Under the pieces are notes generated by a model that did not search any database, had not been told where the DNA came from, and saw only the letters and a program-made list of their open reading frames with translations. A DNA stretch of 64,000 nucleotides from NCBI GenBank assembly GCA_016180525.1, contig JACPBB010000002.1, positions 345,980-409,979 of the forward strand, read 5' to 3'. The first letter of the stretch is position 1. Every line of letters starts with the position of its first letter. The translations under genes and the position numbers were made by a program. The stretch is from Parcubacteria group bacterium. Lineage in GTDB: Bacteria > Patescibacteriota > Minisyncoccia > Phycocordibacterales > UBA2135. Of the stretch, positions 38,240 through 48,139 are shown in pieces.

Positions 38240-38861
38240 AGAATTGTGGTTTAAGTTGTGGGAGCGTATTGGCGCATGCACCGATTCGCGCACAGTGTAC
38301 AAGGACCTTGCGGCGCGATACAGCGAGTCGCATCGCGCGTATCATACCCTTGAGCACATAAATCACTGTCTTTTTGAGCTTGAAAAAGTAAGGCGTATTA
38401 CATTAGACGTAGACGTTATTGAACTTGCAATCTGGTTTCATGATGCGGTATATGATACGCATGCATCTGATAATGAAGAGCAAAGTGCTTTGCTTGCAGC
38501 GCAGGTTATGCGGGAAGCAGCGTTACCAGAAAGAATGATTAAAAAAGTTACAGAGTTTATACGCGCGACAAAACACACTCACGGCTTGCATAGCCACGAC
38601 ATTGATTTATATTTTTTCTTGGATATAGATCTCTCTATTTTGGGACAAACACAAAAAGTGTTTGACGCATATGAATTACAGATTAGAAAAGAATATGAAT
38701 GGGTTCCAGAAGAGGCGTTTATTGAGGGACGAAAGGTAGTTCTTTCCTCATTTTTAAATCGGGAGCACATTTATTCAACACATCAATTTTACGACGCGTA
38801 TGAAGCACAAGCCCGTGAAAATATCGCTCGTTCTCTTGTGAAATTATCGCCCACGATATAA
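38223..38861 (+). CDS. HD-superfamily metal-dependent phosphohydrolase
   Basis: HRAYHTLEH, WFHDAVY, NEEQSA, LDIDLSILG, IRKEY motifs. Confidence 0.88.
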   Translation: MQNQNRELWFKLWERIGACTDSRTVYKDLAARYSESHRAYHTLEHINHCLFELEKVRRITLDVDVIELAIWFHDAVYDTHASDNEEQSALLAAQVMREAALPERMIKKVTEFIRATKHTHGLHSHDIDLYFFLDIDLSILGQTQKVFDAYELQIRKEYEWVPEEAFIEGRKVVLSSFLNREHIYSTHQFYDAYEAQARENIARSLVKLSPTI

Positions 38862-39016
38862 CTTTGTTGGGCGATTTTTTAAAACACCACCTCATCATTT
38901 TCTACGAGGTGGTTTATTATTTTGGACCAATTTTCCCACTTTTTATTGACAGACCATTTTAGTTATAGTATCCATAATGTAGTTACTGATTTTACACTTT
39001 GAAATGGAGATGGGCG

Positions 39017-39985
39017 ATGGGACGAAGTGTTGTTGAGCAGTGGTTTCCTCCGATTGAACCGTATCGTAGAGGGTGTCTTCCGGTTGGTGATGGGCACAGC
39101 ATATACTATGAGGAATGTGGCAATCCAGAAGGCGTACCGGTCTTGTATCTGCACGGAGGGCCCGGCGCAGGCTGTGATAAAGATACGCGGAGATTTTTTG
39201 ATTCCCAACAATGTTGCATTATCATTTTTGACCAACGCGGAAGCGGCAGGAGCACGCCCTACACAAGTACGTACGAAAATACCACATGGCACCTTATTAA
39301 GGATATCAATACACTCCTTGATCATCTTGGAAAAGAGCGGGTGGTTCTTTTTGGCGGCTCATGGGGCTCAACTCTCGCGCTCGTGTATGCAATCAATCAC
39401 CCGGAAAGAGTTTTGGGGATGGTGTTGCGTGGGATTTTTCTTTCAGAAAAGAGAGAAGTGCGTGATTATGTTGAAGGTATCCCGAACACTCGTTTTCCGG
39501 AGGTGTGGGAGCGATTTATTTCACATGTTCCCACTGATATGCGGGAAAACCCCGCTGGTTATTATTTTAAACATATGACCTCTGGGGATCTGCTTGAACA
39601 AAAAAAATATGCATATGAATGGGCATACTATGAAAGCGCGCGCCTGAATCTTGTGCCAAAAAGAGAAGAGGAACTTGAGCGAGAAATTAAAGCGGACCCG
39701 TACGAGTCGCTAGCAATTCTTGAAGCACACTATATTAGGAGTCTTTGTTTTCTTTCGGATGGGTATATTTTAAGAAACGCGTACCGCATACCCAATGTCC
39801 CCGTTTCAATCATTCATGGACGGTATGACGATGTCTGTCCGGTAGAGAGCGCTCTGCGTTTGCACCAAAGCCTGCCAACTTCAAAACTTCATGTTGTCGT
39901 TGCGGGGCATTCTCGCTCTGACCCGGAAATTTTAAAAATGCTGGTTTCAGAAACAGATAGAATGATTGCAGAACTTAAAGAGTAA
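39017..39985 (+). CDS. pip: Proline iminopeptidase
   Basis: LHGGPG, DQRGSGRS, GGSWGS, GRYD, AGHS motifs. Confidence 0.93.
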   Translation: MGRSVVEQWFPPIEPYRRGCLPVGDGHSIYYEECGNPEGVPVLYLHGGPGAGCDKDTRRFFDSQQCCIIIFDQRGSGRSTPYTSTYENTTWHLIKDINTLLDHLGKERVVLFGGSWGSTLALVYAINHPERVLGMVLRGIFLSEKREVRDYVEGIPNTRFPEVWERFISHVPTDMRENPAGYYFKHMTSGDLLEQKKYAYEWAYYESARLNLVPKREEELEREIKADPYESLAILEAHYIRSLCFLSDGYILRNAYRIPNVPVSIIHGRYDDVCPVESALRLHQSLPTSKLHVVVAGHSRSDPEILKMLVSETDRMIAELKE

Positions 39986-40097
39986 ACCCCGTTAGAAGTT
40001 TTCATATTGTTCCCGCATGTTACTGGATGTAGCCAGGGCGAATTTGCTTTTGCAGACCATACAACCCCTATACTCCAGCTGAACTTTCTAACGGGGT
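39986..40097. repeat. MITE-like element
   Basis: accccgttagaa ... ttctaacggggt perfect 12-bp terminal inverted repeats. Confidence 0.7.
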
Positions 40098-40168
40098 AAA
40101 TTAACAAGCCGATCACTATGATCGGCTTTTCTATTTAGAACTTTTGTAGGATGTTGGCGACATTGGTC

Positions 40169-40888
40169 TCAACGTGGCAGTTTTTTATGCAAATAGTCCC
40201 GCAACTTTTTGGCTTGTTCATTCATATGCTGCTCTGCGTCTTCGGGCCACTTGCTTGTATCAAAGGGCACGGCTGCTTTTTCCGCCAATTTTTGCGCTTG
40301 TATAACATCAATGTGAGAAATAGTATCAAAGGGCACTCCGCCTTTTACACAAAAACTATGGCCATATTCATAATCAGTAATATGCAGACTCTCGGGATCT
40401 ATATAAATGTTTCTTTTCTCTGCCAGTCGTGATGAATCAACAAAAACTCTTCCATATAATTTTCCATGCGATTCATCGTCTATATATCCTTCAACCGCAA
40501 AATCAGTTGTTTGCAGGTATGTAAGTGTTTCGGGGTTTTTAGATCCAAACACCTCCTGATTTTCTATATTTTTTTCTATCACAGGTAATTCCGAAACATG
40601 GCCGAGCTCGAGTGGAGGCTCTGTGAGCGGAAGAAGCTCAATTTGTATTCGTTTAGCATCAACCCACCGCGCATTAATTATTTCCCTTTCAAATGCGTCT
40701 ATAATATTTTTTACAGACCGTTCGCTCCACCCGAATTCCTCAACGGTTCCTTCAATTATGATATTGGGCAATTCTTTATTCGGTATTGTTTCTTGCGGCG
40801 AAGAGGGTACTTCAATTGTCTTAAGCACTTTGTGCGCCCGTGCTTTTTCAAGGCGTCTTTCAAAATAGGGGTCTATGTCTTCACGCAT
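40169..40888 (-). CDS. Hypothetical protein
   Basis: Charged ORF coupled to the upstream ORF; start taken at MREDID. Confidence 0.6.
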   Translation of the reverse strand: MREDIDPYFERRLEKARAHKVLKTIEVPSSPQETIPNKELPNIIIEGTVEEFGWSERSVKNIIDAFEREIINARWVDAKRIQIELLPLTEPPLELGHVSELPVIEKNIENQEVFGSKNPETLTYLQTTDFAVEGYIDDESHGKLYGRVFVDSSRLAEKRNIYIDPESLHITDYEYGHSFCVKGGVPFDTISHIDVIQAQKLAEKAAVPFDTSKWPEDAEQHMNEQAKKLRDYLHKKLPR

Positions 40889-41534
40889 AAGATTTATTTG
40901 TAAGCATATCTTTTTGGGACCATGTTTGATACCACGCATCACCCTTTCCGGCAGGTGGTATATGAATAACGAGTGTTCCCTCGTCTTTCACGGCAGGATT
41001 CGGATGCTCATCATAGGGTGCTATTATTATTTCTACATCAGAGCCGAGCTCCTTTTCTACCACAAGGGTTAAACCATTTATCGCGTCTTTATCGAGGACC
41101 TGAATCTCTTCTTGTTTTGTGTCTGGATTTTGCGTGCGTACACCGGGAAGAGCAAAAATTGCTTTTTTAATTTTTGCGCTTTTTATTCTCTCTTCATCTG
41201 GAATGAGAGCGCGTAGTTTTCCCATGCTTGTGAGCAAGGCATCCGGCGGATAGTAGGTAAGAGCGCATGCTCTTGTGCCGTCCTCGGTTTCCACAAATAC
41301 AGCCACGGTATTACAGTCGCAGAGCCCATATGTCCACATAACTTTTTCTTCCGTTGCGCCTGGTGGGACTTCCACAAATCTTCCATCTTTAATGCCCACC
41401 CACTCAACATTACTGTCGCGGCTCTCCACAGAGCGACGATATAAATCTTGCACGGTCGCAGAAAAATCTTCCGCGGGGGATTCATTGGCATTTTTTTGTT
41501 TTTCGAAGTTGTTGGTCACATTATTTTTCCCCAA
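40881..41534 (-). CDS. Hypothetical protein
   Basis: 217 aa; TYGLCDC weakly recalls CheD/CNF1-type deamidase folds. Confidence 0.6.
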   Translation of the reverse strand: MGKNNVTNNFEKQKNANESPAEDFSATVQDLYRRSVESRDSNVEWVGIKDGRFVEVPPGATEEKVMWTYGLCDCNTVAVFVETEDGTRACALTYYPPDALLTSMGKLRALIPDEERIKSAKIKKAIFALPGVRTQNPDTKQEEIQVLDKDAINGLTLVVEKELGSDVEIIIAPYDEHPNPAVKDEGTLVIHIPPAGKGDAWYQTWSQKDMLTNKSYA

Positions 41535-41791
41535 GGATGATCTTTTCCCTCAAATAATTCCTCTATTAAAAGCTTCTTTACTTTTTCTCGCTTGGGGTCT
41601 CCGAATTTATCACTTTCATTTCTGCAACAGGCACGGGCATATGCAATGTCTCCACGGCGCAGCGCCTTTGTGATACTTTGGGTAACCGTTTCCCACGGGC
41701 CACCATGTTGTGGAGGGTCCAGTTTTTCTATTGTATCAGCAAGCGCGTCCCACCTTCCTTGCTCGGATTCTTGTTTTAATACTTCGTTCAT
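41516..41791 (-). CDS. Hypothetical protein
   Basis: 91-aa ORF starting 34 bp after the tRNA-Ser 3' end. Confidence 0.55.
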   Translation of the reverse strand: MNEVLKQESEQGRWDALADTIEKLDPPQHGGPWETVTQSITKALRRGDIAYARACCRNESDKFGDPKREKVKKLLIEELFEGKDHPWGKIM

Positions 41792-41824
41792 GTTTTGATT
41801 TTAACACATTTGTATGAAAAACGG

Positions 41825-41909
41825 TGGCGGTGGGTAGAGGGCTCGAACCTCTAAGGGCTTGCGCCCGCCGCTTTTCGAAAGCGGTGCATTACCATTCTGC
41901 CAACCCACC
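41825..41909 (-). tRNA. tRNA-Ser(CGA), copy 1
   Basis: CCGCT-TT-CGA-AA-AGCGG arm, long variable arm, G73, encoded CCA. Confidence 0.9.
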
Positions 41910-42593
41910 CTAGAAGGTCCTTAGTGGTTTTCTGTTTAATATTTCCTCGACTTCTTCATATCCAAGAGGGAAACTGAAATTGTAACGTGCCGGCACAGCA
42001 AAAACGTAATTTGTATTTCGTCCCAATTCGTTCGGGTCAACCGGAGCGGCTCCAATGTGAAATTTTCCAGATTTAAGATTACCCCATTGTTCCGCGGTAA
42101 ATACCATGACAGGAATATCTTGATAAAGTTTTTCAGCAGTCCATTTCGGATTGTGTATCGATACTATCGGACCATGCGTAAATTCTTTCTCGCCCAGTTC
42201 ATCGCCGACATCGTAACCTGTCCATGTATCCATGGAAACGGTGTAGTTCCGCCATGTTTCCGGTAGAGAAACATAAAATCTGTATTCGGCGTTACGATAT
42301 TCCGGCAAACTTGTATCGCTATCGAATGGTGACAGGTGTTTTTTGGTAACGGTAATGTAGGTAGTTATTGCGACCGCAATTACAGCCGCGATGGCAATGG
42401 ACAACAGCAATTTTTTTCTTGGAATCCTGGCGCAGGCTTTGTTTAGAACTTGAAAATCAGCTAATAGTGATGTAACTCCCAAAACTAAGAAAATGCCGGA
42501 CGCTAGCCAGTCTCCGTTACGTATCGCTTCTATTGATGCGAATCCGAAAAAAATTATAAATATTGCTAAATTGATAAAAGTCGGCGTTTTCAT
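41910..42593 (-). CDS. Hypothetical membrane-anchored protein
   Basis: Start taken at MKTPTF because the longer track ORF runs through a tRNA; three TM segments plus a soluble domain. Confidence 0.65.
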   Translation of the reverse strand: MKTPTFINLAIFIIFFGFASIEAIRNGDWLASGIFLVLGVTSLLADFQVLNKACARIPRKKLLLSIAIAAVIAVAITTYITVTKKHLSPFDSDTSLPEYRNAEYRFYVSLPETWRNYTVSMDTWTGYDVGDELGEKEFTHGPIVSIHNPKWTAEKLYQDIPVMVFTAEQWGNLKSGKFHIGAAPVDPNELGRNTNYVFAVPARYNFSFPLGYEEVEEILNRKPLRTF

Positions 42594-42638
42594 GCTTTTG
42601 CTTTCAAGCCCGGTCTTTCGAACGGGTGTACAATCCTG

Positions 42639-42725
42639 CGGAGGGGGAGAGATTCGAACTCTCGTGAGACTTTCGTCTCCGACGGATTTCGAGTCCGCGC
42701 CGTTAAACCACTCCGGCACCCCTCC
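42639..42725 (-). tRNA. tRNA-Ser(CGA), copy 2
   Basis: GCGGA-CT-CGA-AA-TCCGT arm; GAGAC-GAAA-GTCTC variable arm. Confidence 0.92.
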
Positions 42726-42845
42726 AAAAGAAAGACTAACATTTTTTGTATTTTTCACAAAATATGCTATAGTTTTTAGGCCTAAAACACTTTTGCTTTG
42801 CAAAATGTTTGGCCAATCAATTCTGCTTTTGCAGAATGTGATTTA

Positions 42846-42920
42846 GGCCCCATCGTCTAGCCTGGTCCAGGACGTGAGCTTTTCAAGCTCAAAACCCGGG
42901 TTCGAATCCCGGTGGGGTCA
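42846..42920 (+). tRNA. tRNA-Glu(TTC)
   Basis: TGAGC-TT-TTC-AA-GCTCA arm; GGTTCGAATCC T loop. Confidence 0.93.
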
Positions 42921-42960
42921 TAAAATGAAACTCATAATTATAAGTAATTAAATAAAGATT

Positions 42961-43257
42961 ATGGAGAAATTTAAAGGTGAAAAAAATCCGTTTATGGATA
43001 CATATGAAACTGCCAGCGGTCTAATGGAAGCGCTTGAGAAGAACAAAGGAAGGAAATTTAATTGGGAGAGACATCCTCTTTCTGAAGAAGAGGACTTGTA
43101 CACGGGTGTAGACAAACAAGAAGATGGAACTCTTAAAATATATGTGATATTGAGCAAGGATTCTGAAAACTCATTTCTTAACACATTTGATACCTTTCCA
43201 CAGGTGCTCGAATTTTTTAAAGAACTATCTCAGTCTGAGAAAAAACAAGAGAGATAA
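42961..43257 (+). CDS. Hypothetical protein
   Basis: 98-aa charged ORF after tRNA-Glu. Confidence 0.55.
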   Translation: MEKFKGEKNPFMDTYETASGLMEALEKNKGRKFNWERHPLSEEEDLYTGVDKQEDGTLKIYVILSKDSENSFLNTFDTFPQVLEFFKELSQSEKKQER

Positions 43258-43309
43258 AAATTGCCAGAAAAAGATACCTGACCCCAACAAGTTTTGATAT
43301 AATTAATCT

Positions 43310-43651
43310 ATGAGATTAAGCTATGTTGCACTTTTGATTCTTGCTGTTGCCGCTGTGGCAATAGCGGATGTATTTCTCAAACAAGCCGCTGTGCATAACA
43401 GTTTGTGGGCAGCATTTAAAAGCCCATGGATGATTGGAGCGATATTTTTGTATCTCTTTCAAATATTTTTCTTTACTTATATTTTTGTCGCTGGAGTCCA
43501 GCTTGTTAATGTCGGCGTCCTTCAAACTGTTCTCTATGCAGCCATAGTTCTTTTTGCCGGATTTTTTATTTTTAATGAGACACTTACTCCGATACAAGTT
43601 CTCGGAATTATTTTGGCACTCAGCGGGACGATATTAATCAGCCTTAAATAA
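43310..43651 (+). CDS. Small 4-TM EamA/SMR-like transporter
   Basis: FNETLTPIQVLGIIL DMT-superfamily motif. Confidence 0.8.
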   Translation: MRLSYVALLILAVAAVAIADVFLKQAAVHNSLWAAFKSPWMIGAIFLYLFQIFFFTYIFVAGVQLVNVGVLQTVLYAAIVLFAGFFIFNETLTPIQVLGIILALSGTILISLK

Positions 43652-43661
43652 AAATTAAAAC

Positions 43662-44903
43662 ATGAACAAAGGATTTATCCCCCCACCTTCTCAGAATACC
43701 TCACAGTCTTGCTGTGGAGATGGATGGGTGTTGTACAGATCCTTTCTGAAGGGTCCAATATCTCGCGGGAAGGTGGGGGGATTTATTTCTATTTTTACGC
43801 TTCTTATTATTCTTGGCGTGGTTGGCGTTGGGGTGGTGGGCGCTGTACTTATTGTTAAAACGGGAAATGATAAAAATGACATGGCATCTATTGAAGAGGA
43901 GACAGAAATAGTGGCATCTGAAAATAAAGAGGCAACTTCGTTACCTGTTTCATCAAAGCTTGTCAAAAGCACAGAACAAGGAATTCAAGCGCCAAACACA
44001 ACTCCTTCTGTGGACACCACTCTTCTTAATTTAGAGCGCGAAATTAGTGTTTTGTTTGACGCCAAAGTAGCGATCGGGGAGGAACACTATCTTCTTATTT
44101 TAAAAAATCTTGATAACGCGGAAAAAGAGGGTGGTAATAAAGATACAGTAGCGCGACTGCGAAATATGCTTGAAACAATACATTCGTATGCATCGCTATC
44201 CGCTCCCGAGGAATCGCAAATCACAACAACAGCAGAAGAAGCTCCGATGCCCAAGGGGGTCGGAGTCCCGACCTCGCCAGAAGCGAGCGTCGGGGAAAAA
44301 ACAGAGCCGGTGTCTTGCGCAAACGACACGCGCCCGAAGCTAACCGCAGACATTACCGACTTTTCTAAAATCAGAAAAATTACGGCCCCTGGCAACGCGT
44401 CAGTTGAAGGTCCGAAAGGACACTCGTTTATCTGGACGGGTGGCGCGCGTGTTCCCATCTATGCTCCTGCGAATATTACACTTGAATCTGGCTCATATTC
44501 AAAAGATACCGAGAGTAGTCCGGCGCAGTATCTCCTCTTTTTTGTAGTACAAGAGAATTGCAACTATCGCGTTAAGTTTGACCACATAGATGAGCCGATT
44601 ACATCCATCAGAGAACAATTCTCGGCGACTCCAGCTGTCGCGGACAGTCATACTTCGGAAGTAGTAAACAAAATAAAATTTAACACCGGTGATTTAATTG
44701 GCTACACGTCTGGTACGGTCTCGGCAGGTAATTGGGACTTCGGCATGTATAATTTGAACGAAGAAGGGCCCCTGAAACGAGTTGACAATGTCTTCGGCAT
44801 ACATGGCTACTCGGTGTGCTGGGTGGATTTTTATTCCCCGGATGTAAAAAAATATCAATACAGAAATCTACTTGAAGGCACCACCCTCGTTTGTTTCTTT
44901 TAA
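43662..44903 (+). CDS. Hypothetical surface protein with prepilin-like N-terminus and two in-frame repeat insertions
   Basis: MNKGF..GGFISIFTLLIILGVV; C-terminal beta-rich domain (GDLIGYT). Confidence 0.7.
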   Translation: MNKGFIPPPSQNTSQSCCGDGWVLYRSFLKGPISRGKVGGFISIFTLLIILGVVGVGVVGAVLIVKTGNDKNDMASIEEETEIVASENKEATSLPVSSKLVKSTEQGIQAPNTTPSVDTTLLNLEREISVLFDAKVAIGEEHYLLILKNLDNAEKEGGNKDTVARLRNMLETIHSYASLSAPEESQITTTAEEAPMPKGVGVPTSPEASVGEKTEPVSCANDTRPKLTADITDFSKIRKITAPGNASVEGPKGHSFIWTGGARVPIYAPANITLESGSYSKDTESSPAQYLLFFVVQENCNYRVKFDHIDEPITSIREQFSATPAVADSHTSEVVNKIKFNTGDLIGYTSGTVSAGNWDFGMYNLNEEGPLKRVDNVFGIHGYSVCWVDFYSPDVKKYQYRNLLEGTTLVCFF

Positions 44904-44931
44904 TGAATTTCAAATAGTGTATAATCATACT

Positions 44932-45051
44932 ATGGGAAAACGAAGCACAGCAATAGGGCTCATGAGAACATCTCGTTCTCGAAAGACAAAAAAACGTCTT
45001 GCGAAAAAACACGCAATGCTCGCGAAAAGAGCCGCGAAACGGGGCAGGTAG
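44932..45051 (+). CDS. 39-aa very basic peptide (below ORF-track cut-off)
   Basis: MGKRSTAIGLMRTSRSRKTKKRLAKKHAMLAKRAAKRGR*; TATAAT 6 nt before ATG; terminator at 45081. Confidence 0.65.
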   Translation: MGKRSTAIGLMRTSRSRKTKKRLAKKHAMLAKRAAKRGR

Positions 45052-45080
45052 TGCAATCTTACCAGGCTCTTTTGTCATAA

Positions 45081-45120
45081 AAACAACCCCCTCACTCTCT
45101 AAGAGTGAGGGGGTGTTTTG
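45081..45120. terminator. Bidirectional terminator, duplicated at 48719-48758
   Basis: accccctcactct-cta-agagtgagggggtgttttg. Confidence 0.8.
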
Positions 45121-45187
45121 CCTGATTTTTTTTCTTTTCTATTCTCATACCCCCGTTCCAAATGGAAGCGAGAGTACATAGAGTCCG
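45114..45187. repeat. 74-bp direct repeat, copy 1
   Basis: Identical to 48066-48139; includes the last codons of the 45145-46530 gene. Confidence 0.9.
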
Positions 45188-46530
45188 AAGACGGTGTAGG
45201 AAACCATGAGGAAGAGCATCGGAAGCTGTCCAAGAATGATTTGCAAACGACTTTCAAATTCCACAAGCGCGATGCGATGTGCGATATATGTCGCGAGAAT
45301 ATGTCCAAGAAGAATTGCCCCAACCATAATGTACCAGACGGTGTCAGCCCCAATAATTCCTATATTAACTTGATACGATTGCGTGCCGAATAAATCCCAA
45401 TCTCTGAAGAGTGGATCGGAGAGCATGGGAATTAAGCGTTGTCCTTCAAAAATGAGGAGGCCAAAGTAGTGCGCGAAGTGATAGACAATGGCAATTGGTA
45501 TTAGGGAATACGTGAATGTGAGGAGGAGTGAAGAAAATGAGGTGGCAGTTTTCGTGACGAGTTTCATAAGAAATATTGCAAACGCATAGAATGCGAAGAA
45601 GACAAGCGGAGAGAAAAGAAGCGTTACATGCGAGACAAGAGAATAGTTGTTGAGGAAGAGGTCGCTTGAGCGGATGAAGTTTACCCATGGCTCTGTTTCT
45701 TTACTTCCGTCAAAAACGGTGGAAGAGAGCATAAAGAGAACGAAGAACAGAATGCTTATATGTGCGGTGCGACTTTTTAAGAGATGCTCGCCGGGTGGAG
45801 TAAATTCAATTTTTTGGGGCGTAATATGAAGCGGAGCGAATTTTCCCACAAGACGGAAGAACACGCTGAAAAAGTCAGAATAGTGAAACCAGTCACGAAT
45901 TCCAAAAAGTGCCGAGCCGTAAATGGAGATAAGAGTGTAGATTACAAGTACTCCGCCAAGCACATAGGGGTTCGCACCAGCGCCGCCTGAGAGCAGCTCA
46001 AGCCAGATAAGGCTGAAAAAAAAGAAAAGCGCGGGGATATATCCGAGCCGCCCCGGATAGGTGTATCGTGGCACATGATTTTTAGGAAGTATCCACGAGG
46101 CAATTGTTTTGAATGGGTTCATATACTCCCAGAGATTTCCAAATAGAGCAGAGAGATAGGTAAACCCCAAGAGGAAGATAATCCAGAAGAGAATCGGAGC
46201 GGGGTTGAGAAAGGCATTCCCGCTTCCTAAGAAAGCGAGTGCAAGCGTAAGTGTGAGGAGTATGATACCGAGAGCTTTCAGAAATGCCGCTACGAAGCGA
46301 AGAGATGGAATGGAAAATGTCTTACTGATATATCGCGAAGTTCCAGAAAGAGCTGGGGTGCTGAATAGTCCGAGAATTGCAAATGATGCCACAAGCGCTG
46401 CTCCCGCTCCGATTGCGTAAATGTGGAAGGGAAGCGGGAGTGTAAATTGGAGTCCAAACGCGTGTGCTTCTGTTATTGTTGGCACAAGTAAAATGAGGAT
46501 TCCGGCAAGAATCTTAAGAATTTGTTTCAT
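45145..46530 (-). CDS. Polytopic membrane protein of a putative copper cluster
   Basis: AHAFG N-terminus, LIPIAIVYHFAHY and SDPL motifs, about 11 TM. Confidence 0.7.
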   Translation of the reverse strand: MKQILKILAGILILLVPTITEAHAFGLQFTLPLPFHIYAIGAGAALVASFAILGLFSTPALSGTSRYISKTFSIPSLRFVAAFLKALGIILLTLTLALAFLGSGNAFLNPAPILFWIIFLLGFTYLSALFGNLWEYMNPFKTIASWILPKNHVPRYTYPGRLGYIPALFFFFSLIWLELLSGGAGANPYVLGGVLVIYTLISIYGSALFGIRDWFHYSDFFSVFFRLVGKFAPLHITPQKIEFTPPGEHLLKSRTAHISILFFVLFMLSSTVFDGSKETEPWVNFIRSSDLFLNNYSLVSHVTLLFSPLVFFAFYAFAIFLMKLVTKTATSFSSLLLTFTYSLIPIAIVYHFAHYFGLLIFEGQRLIPMLSDPLFRDWDLFGTQSYQVNIGIIGADTVWYIMVGAILLGHILATYIAHRIALVEFESRLQIILGQLPMLFLMVSYTVFGLYVLSLPFGTGV

Positions 46531-46539
46531 GGTTTTGCA

Positions 46540-46923
46540 TTATGGCAATACTTCTAACGCGCCTATATCCGTTTTGCTTTCTTCAAGTTCAAACATGAAA
46601 CGACCGCTTGCTGAAGCTTTGAATGTAAGTATCGCGGGCACTCCTTTTTCCAAATCAACGCTTCTGTCGTAGCCGTGGAGGTGAAATTCTTCATCTTCGT
46701 CAGCAGTAACAATGATACTTACTGTTTCCCCTTGTTTTATCGTGATTGTCTCGGGACCGGAGATGATTTTTTTGTTTTCAACAACAAGAGTAAATTCTTT
46801 TGGTTGTGTCAAAATTGTTTCTGGGGGTATGGGTTGAACATTTTCTGCCTCTTTTCCTAAAAAGAGCCAGCCACTGGCAATAATGAGCATGCCTGCGAGT
46901 ACAATAATTATTTTAGTCTTCAT
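46540..46923 (-). CDS. Cupredoxin-like domain protein
   Basis: ITIKQGETVSI..EFHLHGY..GRFMFE beta-sandwich pattern; canonical Cys ligand absent. Confidence 0.75.
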   Translation of the reverse strand: MKTKIIIVLAGMLIIASGWLFLGKEAENVQPIPPETILTQPKEFTLVVENKKIISGPETITIKQGETVSIIVTADEDEEFHLHGYDRSVDLEKGVPAILTFKASASGRFMFELEESKTDIGALEVLP

Positions 46924-46928
46924 ATTAG

Positions 46929-47582
46929 TTATTTTTTAGCTGTTTTTAATGATATTCCAAGTGCGACAACGGAGAGAACCAAAGCAAGAAGCGCTGTCAT
47001 AAATGTGTAATCAGCTTTACTTGAAGCTTCCGTAACGGGGGCGGAATAAGGCGTAGAAGACATATGGTCATCGGCAGAAGCGGATGTGTCAGCGACAACT
47101 TCCGTTGTTGAATAGGGATTTTTTACTTTGCCATCTTTTTCATCCTCATTTGGTTTCTGGGGGTCTCTATCCCATGCGACCACTTCTCCTCTTGCGTACG
47201 TTTGATACGCTTTCCAAATAAGGGTTGTATCTTCTTGCGGAGTGCGAGCGGTGAATTGGAACACATCTTTTTGCCCTGCGGGGATTGCTCCACCCGTCCA
47301 TTCTATTTCGGTAACAATTGTTTTATCACCTTCTTGTTTTGTCTTCACTTCTATATCCCAGCCTGATTTTACAAACGGCGTTACTCGCTCAAGTTTTTCT
47401 GGAATAATGAGCCGAACACCTTCGGTGGGCACGTCACGTTCAGTTGGAACACTTAAGTTAAATGTTTCATATTTTGAAGCAGGAACTTGAGATGGAGTAA
47501 CCGTTGAGTGCGCAAATACTGTTGGGGAATAAAATACAAATAATGTGACAATAAAAAATAACAATAAATAAGTTTTTTTCAT
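46929..47582 (-). CDS. YcnI/DUF1775 family copper-binding membrane protein
   Basis: Signal peptide then H-S-T-V; VPTER, IEWTGG, WKAYQTY..W; C-terminal anchor. Confidence 0.85.
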   Translation of the reverse strand: MKKTYLLLFFIVTLFVFYSPTVFAHSTVTPSQVPASKYETFNLSVPTERDVPTEGVRLIIPEKLERVTPFVKSGWDIEVKTKQEGDKTIVTEIEWTGGAIPAGQKDVFQFTARTPQEDTTLIWKAYQTYARGEVVAWDRDPQKPNEDEKDGKVKNPYSTTEVVADTSASADDHMSSTPYSAPVTEASSKADYTFMTALLALVLSVVALGISLKTAKK

Positions 47583-47659
47583 GATTAGATATATGTTTCA
47601 CTTCTTTAAAGACACAAAGTGCTTTAAAGAATTAATAGCTAATAAAGGGAAACAAATAC

Positions 47660-48022
47660 CTATCTATATATTTTAGGATGCATAATGCCGCATCGGAGCA
47701 TTTCCCGAAAGAGATTGAATAGATTCGTTTGAACGCGAGTATTATATGAAAATATATTTTTAGCCACAAACGGCGCACAGAAAACAACATGCATTTTTTG
47801 AAGCGCGCTGAAACTTATTCTAAAACACAAAAGAAGGAACACAAAAAACAGCAACTTTTTGTTTTCATTATGAAAAAGATTATCTATTTGGAGGCCGAGA
47901 AGCATTTTCGGGGCGCCCGTATGTAGGTGGCTGTGGGGAACGAATTCATGCACTCCGAAAGATAGAAGCAGTGCGACACAAATCATAAAAACAAGCATTT
48001 TTGAAAGATTTATACTTTGCAT
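47660..48022 (-). CDS. Hypothetical His-rich membrane protein
   Basis: HEFVPHSHLH after a TM segment; upstream of the YcnI-like gene. Confidence 0.55.
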   Translation of the reverse strand: MQSINLSKMLVFMICVALLLSFGVHEFVPHSHLHTGAPKMLLGLQIDNLFHNENKKLLFFVFLLLCFRISFSALQKMHVVFCAPFVAKNIFSYNTRVQTNLFNLFREMLRCGIMHPKIYR

Positions 48023-48065
48023 ATTTATTACTATGAGTATACCACACTTGAGTATGTTGGTATGT

Positions 48066-48139
48066 TGTTTTGCCTGATTTTTTTTCTTTTCTATTCTCAT
48101 ACCCCCGTTCCAAATGGAAGCGAGAGTACATAGAGTCCG
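48066..48139. repeat. 74-bp direct repeat, copy 2
   Basis: Identical to 45114-45187. Confidence 0.9.

Noticed and set aside
41910-42803. 297-aa ORF as given by the track
   Set aside because: Its N-terminal part is a translation of tRNA-Ser; start moved to 42593.
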